43,718 nucleotides of DNA from a virus (taxonomy: Duplodnaviria; Caudoviricetes). This document shows positions 20,201-28,486 of the stretch, one piece after another. Position numbers and translations under genes: made by a program. The notes under the pieces are model-generated. The model saw only the letters and a list, made by a program, of their open reading frames with translations. It was not told the origin of the DNA and did not search any database. The stretch covers positions 1 through 43,718 of IMG/VR virus record IMGVR_UViG_3300020045_002595, one strand, 5' to 3'. Within the stretch, counting starts at the first letter, position 1; every line of letters starts with the position of its first letter.

Positions 20201-20325
20201 TACCAACTGCCGCACTTGCTAGACCTCTAGGGTATGCCGTAGCAGCTGAATCAGGCAAAACACAACCGGCTAATAGTCTTGATTACATGCGCGGATTAAT
20301 AACTGGATACGCTCCAAAACCATAG
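14284..20325 (+). CDS. large ejection protein (2013 aa) containing an HExxH motif
   Basis: Size and position; ADLSTFMHESSHFYLE...EQFARGFEAYLMEGKSPS; C-terminal RLFTQFYSYFN motif. Confidence 0.85.
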   Translation: MGFQDLENAMGTEDEITRKKTKYMSSITSAYGSNPDEEAAKLVLEKKTGIPSILMDEKVKDDAKFQSFVNSDTVQNIPDNSPATAKFLSDPVNARIAHDDVENMSVMEKAFSVLKNTGKSLSSVPSSASQGLWGVGRAVGDIDALIRKPLDSLFESVTGIKAMPRLDERSAFWQQEAKKTAESIKGDRSKLGLAERGFYSGVESLGQNLLTLPLTIISGGSATPMLASMSATAGGQAYGEARDKGVNVGTSLNFGMSQGLIEYATELIPALKFVGNLNAKASLSKMARDMAATEIPGEQVATILQNLNEWAVLNPEKPFRSYLEELPPAMAETLIATVVGSGGMIVTAKGLEKVGASVDKFQTATTNRDFLLALGDSTQASKLRERMPEKLQEAIKSMQEEHGAPEHAYVDAKKLTELWQSAGFDPLVKADVMLSNPKEYFEALATGSEIAIPLDEFARQFAGEDYYQSLVDDVRLGIGSATIKEAQEWEKTGKDEALQGLIDEASAMAPTESDKKVFDDVLGQLLGTNMERGTAERNTQVMQAVFRALGKRTGIDPLELYKQYPLTINRPLPGVLSNRDTFDTVLDPLLDRLRSGDIPSVSKAYGPSLLEFLRDKGISDDRGDLKAMDVDKGMKAFTKKLLREDGLPIDKAREAAVEAGYLPQGADINVMLDAISGELQGQPKYSGQNQDSKVADDLINLQQVKDYLDRVGVDLLTMDNKSVRQELGKQRELFQSKKEIKRGFFRFGDGTFNIGLLGAADLSTFMHESSHFYLEILADLASQEATPQQVKDDFAAILKWTGATSREGMTVAQLEQFARGFEAYLMEGKSPSIELQSVFQRMKAWMVQVYKELRNLGVKLNDDVRGVFDRLVASDEEIEAARTRQNMKDIFATAEDMGVSEAEFAIYRKAGEKAHASQIEKLEREYLEELTRQKKAWWREELSKTEIEVEKETRETLTYKAIQVLTKGTTFDGVEMDLKLDRKMLEKQYGKSLVKRLPRGIYAKENGMTADQLAEMTGFDSGDDLVKQIAATPQRREFIKAESERRMKEVYGDMLTDGTAAEEATNAVHVEEQAKVLLEELRAMRKLQSVVDKVDRADNKERNQIFKGVPPAEFFKDLARDMVTKKTIAELMPHRYSQAEAKASREAFDAAKKKDWQAAAEAKQRQILNHYLFREATNIKKMVDKQVSRWQELVNKSDKRLAASRDMNLVTAARAVLARYGIGKSDVEATAELNKIRAYDANLYDSLQMAVDSASQAAKPWKELDVIELIGLSDAVNNLWHLSRRSKIAMIDGQAMTLEEINDDLIAQMASKNKGLSGLGKNKAVSDTEKRKIGFLGMGASLRRVEHWITEMDGGDSGVFRKYVYNPIMLSVTNYKTAKVPVIKQLQELFDSVGFDAFSDKKIEAVGLNYTFKNKGELLHAILHTGNESNKRKLLLGRGWAETVEGSKEIDTTRWDNFLNKMHENGTLTESDYQFAQKIWDLNEELKPVAQKAHHEMYGYYFAEITAEPVSTPFGIFKGGYVPALTDPYIVDAAADRLDQESLLQDNASSMFPATTGKGFTMARVEYNKPLLLDMSLLASHVDKVLRFAYMGPAIQDVGRIVSNSELREEFNQINPAWTQEMLIPWLKRIARQTVETKSSGWGGKAVDNVLRGLRRRTGLQLMAANIANAAQQLTGVFPAMVKVSPRRIGASLVQFTKNPMALTDSIAEKSPFMKDRLENEINHISGEVHQILSQSKYEKAQEFGMKAGYFLSGATQHVVDVITWQGAYDQATKEGQQEKEAVLYADSVVRQTQGSFAPEDASAFEAGSPFVRLFTQFYSYFNMISNLTVTEMRNTVDDLGWKGGSAKLFYIYLMTFAIPSFVAELIMAGFKGKLDDDDDGEYIDDILKAFFVGQGKAATAMIPGVGQVINTMVNRFNKNPIDDRMSTSPSIGTLEQMGSVPKDIYDVVFDGKELKRAHVRDVFTLMGMVTGLPTAALARPLGYAVAAESGKTQPANSLDYMRGLITGYAPKP

Positions 20326-20334
20326 GAGGAAAGA

Positions 20335-20955
20335 ATGATAACAACCACTACAAGAAGCGAAGTTTATAATGGTTCCGGTTCAGCCGGACCGTTTACAATC
20401 CCGTTTCCATTTCCGGCTAATTCTGATATAACGGCAGCTATCAGGGTTGGGACTGGTGGAGCGCAACTTTTGACCGAGGGGGCTGATTATACTCTTTCAG
20501 GTTCGGGGTATTTTACCAATGGCGGGACGATTACTTTAACTTTACCATTGGCAATCGGTACAACTTTAACAGTAACGAGAACGCTTGCAGTTACACAGCC
20601 AACAAAGTTTAGAGATTTGGGGGCGTTCTTTCCTCAGATACATGAACAAGCTTTTGATAGACTTTGCATGATAATACAGCAGTTACAAGATCAGATTGAA
20701 AGCGTAGAAATTTCAACAGGTTCGGGAATTACTTTGCCGCCTACGGTTGTTGATACGACCCTTGGAAATGTAACGGTCCTATTACCCGCAAGCGGTACGG
20801 TGGTTTTTATAAACGGTGGTGATATGGGGTATAGTTTAATTCTTGAACCTTCCGTGATAGGTCAAACAATAATGCATCAATCGCAGATAATTCTTGATGT
20901 CTTTAACGAGTCAATCACTCTTTCGCTGATTAATGACAATTGGTACAGGATATGA
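20335..20955 (+). CDS. tail fibre/spike adaptor (T7 gp17 N-terminal-like)
   Basis: YNGSGSAGPFTIPFPF and FFPQIHEQAFDRLCMIIQQL motifs. Confidence 0.85.
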   Translation: MITTTTRSEVYNGSGSAGPFTIPFPFPANSDITAAIRVGTGGAQLLTEGADYTLSGSGYFTNGGTITLTLPLAIGTTLTVTRTLAVTQPTKFRDLGAFFPQIHEQAFDRLCMIIQQLQDQIESVEISTGSGITLPPTVVDTTLGNVTVLLPASGTVVFINGGDMGYSLILEPSVIGQTIMHQSQIILDVFNESITLSLINDNWYRI

Positions 20956-21719
20956 CTTCCGAAGAGCAATTATTACAGGAAGCGTTAAAAAGAAACAGGG
21001 ATTTGCAATCACTTATTGATAGCTTACAAATACTTGTTTCAAATTTACAGACTGAAAAAGTTCCTTATTTAGGGGCAAATAACAATGTTGACTTAGGGAT
21101 TTATCAACTCAAAGTGTTGACCGCTAAACTTGGCGGAGCAACAGACTACACGGAGTTTGAAGCAGATGGGACAAGAAGGGCAAGAGGTGGGGCTACAACG
21201 TGGAATGATATCAATGTTTCAGTAGTCCCTTTAACCGCAGGGTCTGCTACTCCTGCAACAATTGATTTTCTTGGGGATACTGGCGTTGGGAAACTAAAAT
21301 GTGTAGGATTTAGTGGTACAAATCCGACTCCCGACGAAATCCCATTCACAAGGGAGATCCTCCATGACTATGAAGAAGGTTCAGATATTAGGATTCATAT
21401 CCACTGGTATCCAATTAACAACACAGTAGGCAATGTAAAATGGCAAATGAGATACACATGGTTTGAACGTGAAACTGTGCCGCCAGCACCAGTTACCGTT
21501 TCTTCAGTTCAAGCAACAAGTGGCACAGCTTGGCAAGAACAAACAACTAATTTTGTAGTTTCTGGCGCTGGCATGAAAATGGGAAGTAGGTTTGTCTGTA
21601 ACATATTCAGAAACTCCCAGGACGTGCAAGATACTTACGCTTTTAATGCTGCTGTAACTGATATGGGGATACATATTTTAAGTGATACAGATGGCAGTAG
21701 AGAGCTACTTACAAAATAA
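20952..21719 (+). CDS. putative virion/tail-associated protein
   Basis: Coiled-coil N-terminus, VPYLGANNNVDLG motif, beta-rich C-domain; ATGA coupling. Confidence 0.65.
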   Translation: MTSEEQLLQEALKRNRDLQSLIDSLQILVSNLQTEKVPYLGANNNVDLGIYQLKVLTAKLGGATDYTEFEADGTRRARGGATTWNDINVSVVPLTAGSATPATIDFLGDTGVGKLKCVGFSGTNPTPDEIPFTREILHDYEEGSDIRIHIHWYPINNTVGNVKWQMRYTWFERETVPPAPVTVSSVQATSGTAWQEQTTNFVVSGAGMKMGSRFVCNIFRNSQDVQDTYAFNAAVTDMGIHILSDTDGSRELLTK

Positions 21720-21736
21720 CACTACTGGAGCCACTA

Positions 21737-22027
21737 ATGGAATTTTTAAAAAGCGTTGACACATGGTTTTTGATCTTGGTTGTTGTTCTTCTTGGTGGTT
21801 TCTTTTTATGGGCTGTTAAATATCTTTTTGATGGGATTAAACAGTCAATTATTGATCTGGGAAACAGTTTTAAAGAATCAATTGGGGAGTTAAAAGAGTT
21901 GGTAAAAGAACTATACAATCACAGAAATGACCACGAAATCAGGATTGTGAGGATAGAAACACGATGCGGAGCTTGCCCCGACAATATGCACAGAGAAGGT
22001 CTAGGCCGTAGGGAAGGTGATAAATGA
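21737..22027 (+). CDS. membrane protein, holin/antiholin-like (one TM helix plus coiled coil)
   Basis: WFLILVVVLLGGFFLWAV; HEIRIVRIE. Confidence 0.6.
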   Translation: MEFLKSVDTWFLILVVVLLGGFFLWAVKYLFDGIKQSIIDLGNSFKESIGELKELVKELYNHRNDHEIRIVRIETRCGACPDNMHREGLGRREGDK

Positions 22028-22038
22028 AAGGGGAAACC

Positions 22039-23934
22039 ATGAAACAAATATTTATACTACTTTTTTTAGTTCTTTTTTCGGTACAGGTTGAGGCGGCTGT
22101 AATCGTTTACGGGCAGTCCGGCACTGCTTCAAGTGCTTACACGACACCTGAGGCGGCTTGTGCTGCTCCAAACGTCAAGCGGATTGAAATAACTAGCCCC
22201 TATACACTTACGGCTGGTTTAACGTGCCCGTCTGACAGGTCGCTGCATGTGGCATTGGGTGGCTTGCTGACAAACAACTCAGGAACGGCTACAACCATCA
22301 ACGGGCCGTTTTCCGCAGACGGTCAGGCGTTTTCCGGTTCCGGCTCGGTAGTAATAAACTCATTTGCCAATAATCCCACAGGATGGTTTGCAGCGGGTCA
22401 GACAGTCACATTCAATGGAGGTTTTACAGCACCTCCAAAAATAATCAGCTCTGCAATGGTTATTGGGACGGTTAAAGTTTCTCCTGTATACCCTGAGTGG
22501 TGGTTAACGAACACAACACCATTGACAACAGATATGACCGCCGGTATCAGATCAGCGGCAGCAAATTCAGCAACAGGGACGGTGCTATTAACCGGAAAAT
22601 ATAAGGTTGATACCACTGGTAATCCTATTACAATAGCCCCATACCAGTCTGTTGAAGGACTTGGACGTAATACAACGCAGATTGAAAATTCATCAACGAC
22701 TGATTATACCTTTTCTATGCTACAGCCTGGAACAGGTGTCATTACCTCAAGCACAATATTTGAAAAATTCAAATTAACCGCTAAATTCGGTATACAAATA
22801 AATAAAGGTGGCGCACTTCACATTAATTATAAGCCGATACTCGGCGTTGTTATCAGGAACTGTGATTTTTATGGTGCATATTACGGCGACCCCAACGAAG
22901 GAACAGCAGTATATCCTGCGGTTAATGCTGATGGCACTGATAACTTTTTGATTGCCGGTTATGGCGTAGCTGTAAATATGGCAAAGGTTTTAGACGGCCA
23001 GATATATGGCAATCAATTTGTCAGGAATGGCATTGCGATCAATCTTGAGGGTTCGGATGTAAATAACATTTATGGTAATAGGATGATTGGTAACGGGCGG
23101 TATGTACATATTGCCAAGCTGAATACGGCCGATGGAAACTGGGGGGGTAGAAATACCATCGGCCCCGCAAACGACATGCTGTCAAACCTACGTAGAGGCG
23201 GTATTTATGACACGGCAATGTCGACTAAAATAACCGGTAACTATTTCGAAAGTTACTTTTTGTCTGGTGAGGCCTACACAAACAGGGGAGGTTTTAACAA
23301 TACAATAATAGGTAACAGTTTTGACAACAACCGGACAACAACTCCTTTAATGAGTATCGCATCGTATTATGGTGTACTGGTATCATCCAATAATCTTACG
23401 TATGGTAGTGGCCCTTTGCCGTTTATTGAGGTTTTGGACACCAATTATGGTCCTTCTCCTGGAATAGGTAATAATTTTTTTGTGAAGTTTTTTGGCAATA
23501 ACGGCAGCTTTGAAAATACCAAACAGCCTTGGTGTGAGTATGATTTTAACAACCCTAGGGTTTTTGACGCTTATAACCCAAAGGCCCTTGCCGGTGTAGT
23601 ATCAACTACTTTCCCTTTTAAAGTGTCTCCAACAAGCGGCAAACATGTTGTAAAAACCGCAACTAACAGTCTGATAGTATATATGGAGACTAAACCCACT
23701 GACACAAGTCTTACTCTTGTCGCAACAGGAACATACATATCCGGCGCTGGTTTTGCCGCTGTAACATGGGGCGGTGTTTCTGCCTCAGCAACTAATTTCG
23801 GGTTTACAAATATTGCTGGCATCCAAACTAAAAGTGTTACTTTTGCGAAACCTGCTAGTGTTGCACCGGACAGTGGTTTATCAATAGAACTTTTGCCAAT
23901 GGAAGTTGAATATCAGTCCATAGAATTAAAGTAA
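22039..23934 (+). CDS. tailspike-like right-handed beta-helix (pectin-lyase fold) protein with an N-terminal signal peptide
   Basis: VYPEWW...TTDMTAGIRSA tailspike-type motif; Asn-ladder repeats (IYGNQF, ITGNYFE, IIGNSFD); MKQIFILLFLVLFSVQVEA|A. Confidence 0.8.
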   Translation: MKQIFILLFLVLFSVQVEAAVIVYGQSGTASSAYTTPEAACAAPNVKRIEITSPYTLTAGLTCPSDRSLHVALGGLLTNNSGTATTINGPFSADGQAFSGSGSVVINSFANNPTGWFAAGQTVTFNGGFTAPPKIISSAMVIGTVKVSPVYPEWWLTNTTPLTTDMTAGIRSAAANSATGTVLLTGKYKVDTTGNPITIAPYQSVEGLGRNTTQIENSSTTDYTFSMLQPGTGVITSSTIFEKFKLTAKFGIQINKGGALHINYKPILGVVIRNCDFYGAYYGDPNEGTAVYPAVNADGTDNFLIAGYGVAVNMAKVLDGQIYGNQFVRNGIAINLEGSDVNNIYGNRMIGNGRYVHIAKLNTADGNWGGRNTIGPANDMLSNLRRGGIYDTAMSTKITGNYFESYFLSGEAYTNRGGFNNTIIGNSFDNNRTTTPLMSIASYYGVLVSSNNLTYGSGPLPFIEVLDTNYGPSPGIGNNFFVKFFGNNGSFENTKQPWCEYDFNNPRVFDAYNPKALAGVVSTTFPFKVSPTSGKHVVKTATNSLIVYMETKPTDTSLTLVATGTYISGAGFAAVTWGGVSASATNFGFTNIAGIQTKSVTFAKPASVAPDSGLSIELLPMEVEYQSIELK

Positions 23935-24035
23935 TGTGGTTCTGCCCTAGGCTAAACAGGGTATACGTTTGCGGTGGCAGAGATTGCCTTAAAAGTTGCA
24001 TTTGGCATCCGGCAAATAGAAAGGATATGAGATGA
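23934..24035 (+). CDS. Cys-rich microprotein (33 aa)
   Basis: TAATG and ATGA overlaps at the two ends; MWFCPRLNRVYVCGGRDCLKSCIWHP... Confidence 0.5.
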   Translation: MWFCPRLNRVYVCGGRDCLKSCIWHPANRKDMR

Positions 24036-24454
24036 ACAGAATTGACACGCTCGAACCTGATTTTAAAGAAATAGTCCTTAAGGTAATAGAAGAGTCAATA
24101 CTTGCAACTAATCGTAACTGGGTGATTGTGCAAGGGCGTAGGACCATAGCGGAACAAAACGGCTTGTATGCCCAAGGGCGCACTAAGCCCGGAAGTATTG
24201 TAACCAATGCAAAAGGAGGGCAGTCAGCACACAATTTTGGGCTTGCTGCTGACCTTGCACCGGAAAAAGCAAAGGGGATTATCGACTGGAACGCACCCGC
24301 TCCTATCTGGGAAATGATGGGTAATATTGCTATTCAACATGGGTTGACTTGGGGCGGCTTATTCAAATCAATCAAGGATTTGCCACATATCGAACACCCA
24401 CGATGGAAAGAACAGCAAGCGTTGTCCAGGGCTGGCAAATTGGAGGTAGCATGA
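24032..24454 (+). CDS. endolysin, M15-family L-Ala-D-Glu peptidase
   Basis: RTIAEQNGLYAQGRT, SAHNFGLAAD, WGG and DLPHIE motifs. Confidence 0.95.
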   Translation: MNRIDTLEPDFKEIVLKVIEESILATNRNWVIVQGRRTIAEQNGLYAQGRTKPGSIVTNAKGGQSAHNFGLAADLAPEKAKGIIDWNAPAPIWEMMGNIAIQHGLTWGGLFKSIKDLPHIEHPRWKEQQALSRAGKLEVA

Positions 24455-24543
24455 AATACTGCCAATACTCAAAACGTCCCGATAAAATGTGTCCATGCAA
24501 AGACGCTTTACGGTGCGCTAAAAATGAATGCCCTACAGAGTAA
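24451..24543 (+). CDS. Cys-rich microprotein (30 aa)
   Basis: SD GGAGG, ATGA overlap, five Cys. Confidence 0.5.
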   Translation: MKYCQYSKRPDKMCPCKDALRCAKNECPTE

Positions 24544-24646
24544 AATAGACTGCTACCACTGCCACAGCAAAGATCAAAAATGCGTGTGGATAATTACCGG
24601 ACATTGTAGAAACGAAGAATTTAGCGATGGAGGTTTGGATATATGA
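24524..24646 (+). CDS. Cys/His-rich microprotein (40 aa)
   Basis: Fills the gap and has an ATGA overlap with the next gene; DCYHCHSKDQKC...HC. Confidence 0.4.
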   Translation: MNALQSKIDCYHCHSKDQKCVWIITGHCRNEEFSDGGLDI

Positions 24647-25578
24647 TTATTAAATTCCTGATAGTGCTTTTACTCTTTGCGATAGACTGCCACGCTTTCA
24701 ATTTTGGGTTTAATTTTGGCGGCAACCAGAATACCGCAAAATATGAGGACATAATCTCAAGCCTCTCAATTTCTCCGACTAGCAAAGATTACGGCTCACA
24801 GAACACCGGCACGAATACAGATCAGGTATTTACTATTACTTGTGATAGTGGCACGTTTGCCGGTTCTTGCGAAGAGATAACAAAAGCTGCATCAGGGGTG
24901 GGATATTCAATTGTAGATACAAATTGTGCAACAGAGCCTTTTGATTTATCCCCAGGCGGCAATTGCACTGTGACTGTTCGTTTTTCCCCTGCCTCGGCTG
25001 GAACGCTAAATGGCTCAGTTGACCTTGTTTGGCCTAATCAAGCGACAAAAACAGCTAGTCTTACGGGGGTGGGGGTATCTACAGGTTGCAGCACTACCCC
25101 AACGGTTTCATATACAGCCGGATCGACTACAGATATAGCAATTGGATACAGCGACAACCGCACATCACTCGGTAATCAATACGCTGGTGGTAGCACATAC
25201 AATGCTTGTTCAGTCGGCTTTTATATGAAAATTGGTGCTGGAACTGTAACCGGCAAAACGTATGTTGCAAAAGTTTATACGGCATCGGCTAACAATGCAA
25301 ACCTTGGAACATTAAAAGGCACATCGACAACAGTTTCCGGTTCAGTATTAACCAGTACGGCGGCAGAAGTTAAATTTGCATTTAGTCCAGCTGTTGCTGT
25401 TACAACAAATGATGTTGTTATTGTGACAACTTCTGATAACAGCCGTGATGGTAGTAATTACGCTCAGCTACAATATGGTTCAGGACTGGCCAACTGGTCG
25501 TGGAATCAATATGATTTTAATAGGGTCTTTTATACTGACGACGGAACAAAAACCATGAATTTCAAAATCTATGAGTGA
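24643..25578 (+). CDS. secreted-type protein with an ASH/choice-of-anchor-D Ig-like domain
   Basis: MIIKFLIVLLLFAIDCHA|F; LSISPTSKDYG...LSPGGNCTVTVRFSP...LTGVG. Confidence 0.75.
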   Translation: MIIKFLIVLLLFAIDCHAFNFGFNFGGNQNTAKYEDIISSLSISPTSKDYGSQNTGTNTDQVFTITCDSGTFAGSCEEITKAASGVGYSIVDTNCATEPFDLSPGGNCTVTVRFSPASAGTLNGSVDLVWPNQATKTASLTGVGVSTGCSTTPTVSYTAGSTTDIAIGYSDNRTSLGNQYAGGSTYNACSVGFYMKIGAGTVTGKTYVAKVYTASANNANLGTLKGTSTTVSGSVLTSTAAEVKFAFSPAVAVTTNDVVIVTTSDNSRDGSNYAQLQYGSGLANWSWNQYDFNRVFYTDDGTKTMNFKIYE

Positions 25579-25585
25579 GGCTAAA

Positions 25586-27382
25586 ATGATTAAATATATA
25601 GTTACAATTTCTTTGTTTTTAGCTTCACCATTATTTGCAGCCACTTATTACGCAGGGCCATCTGGCAGTGGGTCAACATGCTCAAACGCTGCCCCTTGTA
25701 CTGTTACCGGAGGCATTGCAAAGCTGTCAAGCGGCGACACACTGATTTTAAAAGATGGCACGTATACCGGCGCAACGAACATGATTTCTGAATATGCCAG
25801 CGGTGGTCCTGTACTTCCTCCAAGTGGGACGGCTGGAAATTTCACCATTATTAAGGCTGAAAACGTAGGCCAAGCAATAATTGACGCTGGTTATAATTAT
25901 CCAGCAGTTAGCAATGTAAATACATCTGCCCGTAAACGAGATTACATCAAATTTGAGGGTATACACTTCCGGCATGGGGGTGCTGGTTTATTTGCATGGT
26001 ACGGGGATTATGCGTGGATATCTCAATGTGGTTTTGAGGATGGTATGGCAGCGGCAGCAGAAACAGAAACACCAATTGCATATTTATCTGGTGGCTCGTC
26101 ATACGGACTAGTTGAAGACAATTGGATTTGGGGTAAGGGGCGTTATGGATTCTATACTGGGCCTGTTAATTATGACGGAACGCATGTGGGCACAAATCAT
26201 GTCATTTTCCGGCGTAATGTTGTCAGGCTCGATGACGTTCCTAGCAACTGGCAATCAGCATCATTACGGTTTTATGGATCAAACACAAATGTGATGCAGA
26301 ATAACATTGCCATAGATGGGTATTTTAACGATGGCAACGAAAAACATTCTTTTGCAACCGGTGGCGGGAGTTCAGATGGAGATATTAACGATGCTTTTTA
26401 TGGGAATATTGCTCTAAACCAGCCATTAAATAACTGTATCTGGACGGAAAAAGGATCTGGCACATTTCCTGTTTCAAACAATATCTGTTGGGGCGGCGCA
26501 ATTGGTTTATCCGTATCACAGGATTATGTCACTTCTCTTGCAATTGTTATGCAAAACAACACAATCGGCCAAAACTCAAATTTAGGATTACGCCGTCATG
26601 GGTATGCTCCTACGGTGTCAACAACAAGAGATTTATATTTTATCCCAAATGCAGGAACAGCTTTTGATGGTGGGGCAATTACAGAGCCGGAATATGTATA
26701 TCTTGCAACGGGTGGGCTATTAGGAACTGCTGACAGTGGTAGCGCAACAACAATTACTAGTGCGACTCAATCGACCTTAACGGCGGCAGGTTTGGCATAT
26801 TTGCCACGATTAGAAGCCAGTTCTACACTATCGACAGCAAATGTCGGCGCAACTGTTATGTATCAGATCGGCGGCACAGGAACTTTTCACGGTGATACCA
26901 ATTGGAACACCACAACCACAGAACACTTATGGCCGTATCCAAATGAAGCTGTATGGGCGGCGAAAATGAAAGCATATACAGCTAGTGGCCCAGGCGGTAA
27001 TCGAGGCTTTGCTGCATTAAGCGGCTCAACTTCAACGCCTTTGACTGATTACGTATGGAGCTATTTAGGGAATTCAAAACCGGCTGATATATATGATGGT
27101 GCTGCTTTACCGGATTACGATGCCCCAGTAACATCAATCAACAAATCCGGCAGATACACAACAAGCCAGACGGTGACTATATCTGCAACAGACAATATTG
27201 GTGTGACTTCACTACAATATAGCCTCACATATGACGGGACTAACGGAACAAACTGGATAACAGGGACAACATGTAAAGCCCTTGTCAATCGTGCAAAAAC
27301 AAGAGTTGGCGCAAAAGCCTGTGACGCAGCTGCAAATTGTACTATCAACTATTCTGACTTATCAAAACAGAGGAGGAAATAA
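25586..27382 (+). CDS. secreted-type beta-helix (polysaccharide-lyase-like) protein with a C-terminal Fn3/chitobiase-C-like domain
   Basis: MIKYIVTISLFLASPLFA|ATYY; GDTLILKDGTY; IFRRNV; APVTSI...YTTSQTVTISATD. Confidence 0.8.
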   Translation: MIKYIVTISLFLASPLFAATYYAGPSGSGSTCSNAAPCTVTGGIAKLSSGDTLILKDGTYTGATNMISEYASGGPVLPPSGTAGNFTIIKAENVGQAIIDAGYNYPAVSNVNTSARKRDYIKFEGIHFRHGGAGLFAWYGDYAWISQCGFEDGMAAAAETETPIAYLSGGSSYGLVEDNWIWGKGRYGFYTGPVNYDGTHVGTNHVIFRRNVVRLDDVPSNWQSASLRFYGSNTNVMQNNIAIDGYFNDGNEKHSFATGGGSSDGDINDAFYGNIALNQPLNNCIWTEKGSGTFPVSNNICWGGAIGLSVSQDYVTSLAIVMQNNTIGQNSNLGLRRHGYAPTVSTTRDLYFIPNAGTAFDGGAITEPEYVYLATGGLLGTADSGSATTITSATQSTLTAAGLAYLPRLEASSTLSTANVGATVMYQIGGTGTFHGDTNWNTTTTEHLWPYPNEAVWAAKMKAYTASGPGGNRGFAALSGSTSTPLTDYVWSYLGNSKPADIYDGAALPDYDAPVTSINKSGRYTTSQTVTISATDNIGVTSLQYSLTYDGTNGTNWITGTTCKALVNRAKTRVGAKACDAAANCTINYSDLSKQRRK

Positions 27383-27531
27383 TGAGTATATTTGATTTTA
27401 ACCCGTTTGGACATAATTGCCAAATGCCTAAAGATGGCAAAAAAGGTGATGTTTATATTTGTCCGTATTGCAAAGCTGATTACAAATGTGCAAGAACATT
27501 TCCTTGGGCTAAGTGGGAGAGGATACCATGA
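27382..27531 (+). CDS. small Zn-ribbon-like protein (49 aa)
   Basis: SD GAGGAGG, TAATG and ATGA coupling, HxC...CPYC. Confidence 0.6.
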   Translation: MSIFDFNPFGHNCQMPKDGKKGDVYICPYCKADYKCARTFPWAKWERIP

Positions 27532-27863
27532 CATTTAAAGAGTTTTTACGTAAACAAATGAGCGAGAATGGCGAACCATCTAACAATCGTGTCATGGCTT
27601 TTATGTTTATGACTAGCGTGATGATAATGTTGTTAGCTGTTGTACTCTCGCCTTTTTTCCAGATGCCAACAATTAAACTGCCAGAGATACCAGAGTCATT
27701 TACCAGTTTTGTTGAGTGGGTACTTGGCATTTTGATCACAGGTACGGCAGCAGGTAAGCTGGTCAATGCCTACAAAGATAAAGGCGTTGCAAGCACAACC
27801 ACAACAACCGCTACAAGTACAGAGGTAAAAAACCCAAATGGAACCGATACCCCAGCAAATTAA
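27528..27863 (+). CDS. putative holin (two TM segments)
   Basis: SENGEPSNNRV followed by two hydrophobic helices; lysis-region context. Confidence 0.65.
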   Translation: MTFKEFLRKQMSENGEPSNNRVMAFMFMTSVMIMLLAVVLSPFFQMPTIKLPEIPESFTSFVEWVLGILITGTAAGKLVNAYKDKGVASTTTTTATSTEVKNPNGTDTPAN

Positions 27864-28446
27864 GTTCGTTCAGAAAAGGCCATGGCTGATGATCTTAATT
27901 GCCGTGGGGCTTGCAATAGCACTTGGATACATGGCGTGGGATAAGTGGGGGCCACAACCGGCTAAGCCTGGCAGTGTTGTTTCTGATGTGCCTATGCCGA
28001 AAGAAATCATCAAGATGCAAACAAAAGTTGTTTATCTTCCGGTACAGGTCATTAAAGACAAAGAGGAAGCGGTTAGAAAGTTGGGGTTACCGGAAAACAA
28101 AGACCCGAAAGAGGCTTTATTCACAGCGGCCAAAATAGAAGCTAATCGGCATGGTGCAAAAGCTGCCGTGTTTATCAATTCATCATCCGGTAAGCCAAAG
28201 GTTGATATTGTATACGAGAAAGCCCCTTGGTTTAGTCTACAGCGTACAAATTATATCGGGGGCAGCATAGGTGTTAGCTCTTTAGATGGCTATATAGGCA
28301 GAGGCTACTTAAAGCGAGACTTCGCGCAAGTAAAAGGTGTTTACCTTCAAGGTGAGTTGGAAGGAATAGCCAGACCAAATGCACCAGAAGGCCGTAAGTT
28401 GGAAGGTATCGTATGGGCTAATTTGGAACATCGGTTTGATTGGTAA
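27838..28446 (+). CDS. N-terminally membrane-anchored protein, spanin candidate
   Basis: TM segment WLMILIAVGLAIALGYMAW; C-terminal amphipathic beta strands ending in RFDW; last gene of the late operon. Confidence 0.55.
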   Translation: MEPIPQQIKFVQKRPWLMILIAVGLAIALGYMAWDKWGPQPAKPGSVVSDVPMPKEIIKMQTKVVYLPVQVIKDKEEAVRKLGLPENKDPKEALFTAAKIEANRHGAKAAVFINSSSGKPKVDIVYEKAPWFSLQRTNYIGGSIGVSSLDGYIGRGYLKRDFAQVKGVYLQGELEGIARPNAPEGRKLEGIVWANLEHRFDW

Positions 28447-28452
28447 TTCTTA

Positions 28453-28481
28453 TTGCTAAGTTTGGATATATGAGGTAAATT
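28453..28481 (+). promoter_or_regulatory. putative sigma70 promoter
   Basis: TTGCTA-17 bp-TAAATT; predicted start about 28487-28488. Confidence 0.55.
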
Positions 28482-28486
28482 GCAGA

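Noticed and set aside
24551-24565. c-type cytochrome (CxxCH)
   Set aside because: A 40-aa ORF with no export signal, so haem attachment is unlikely
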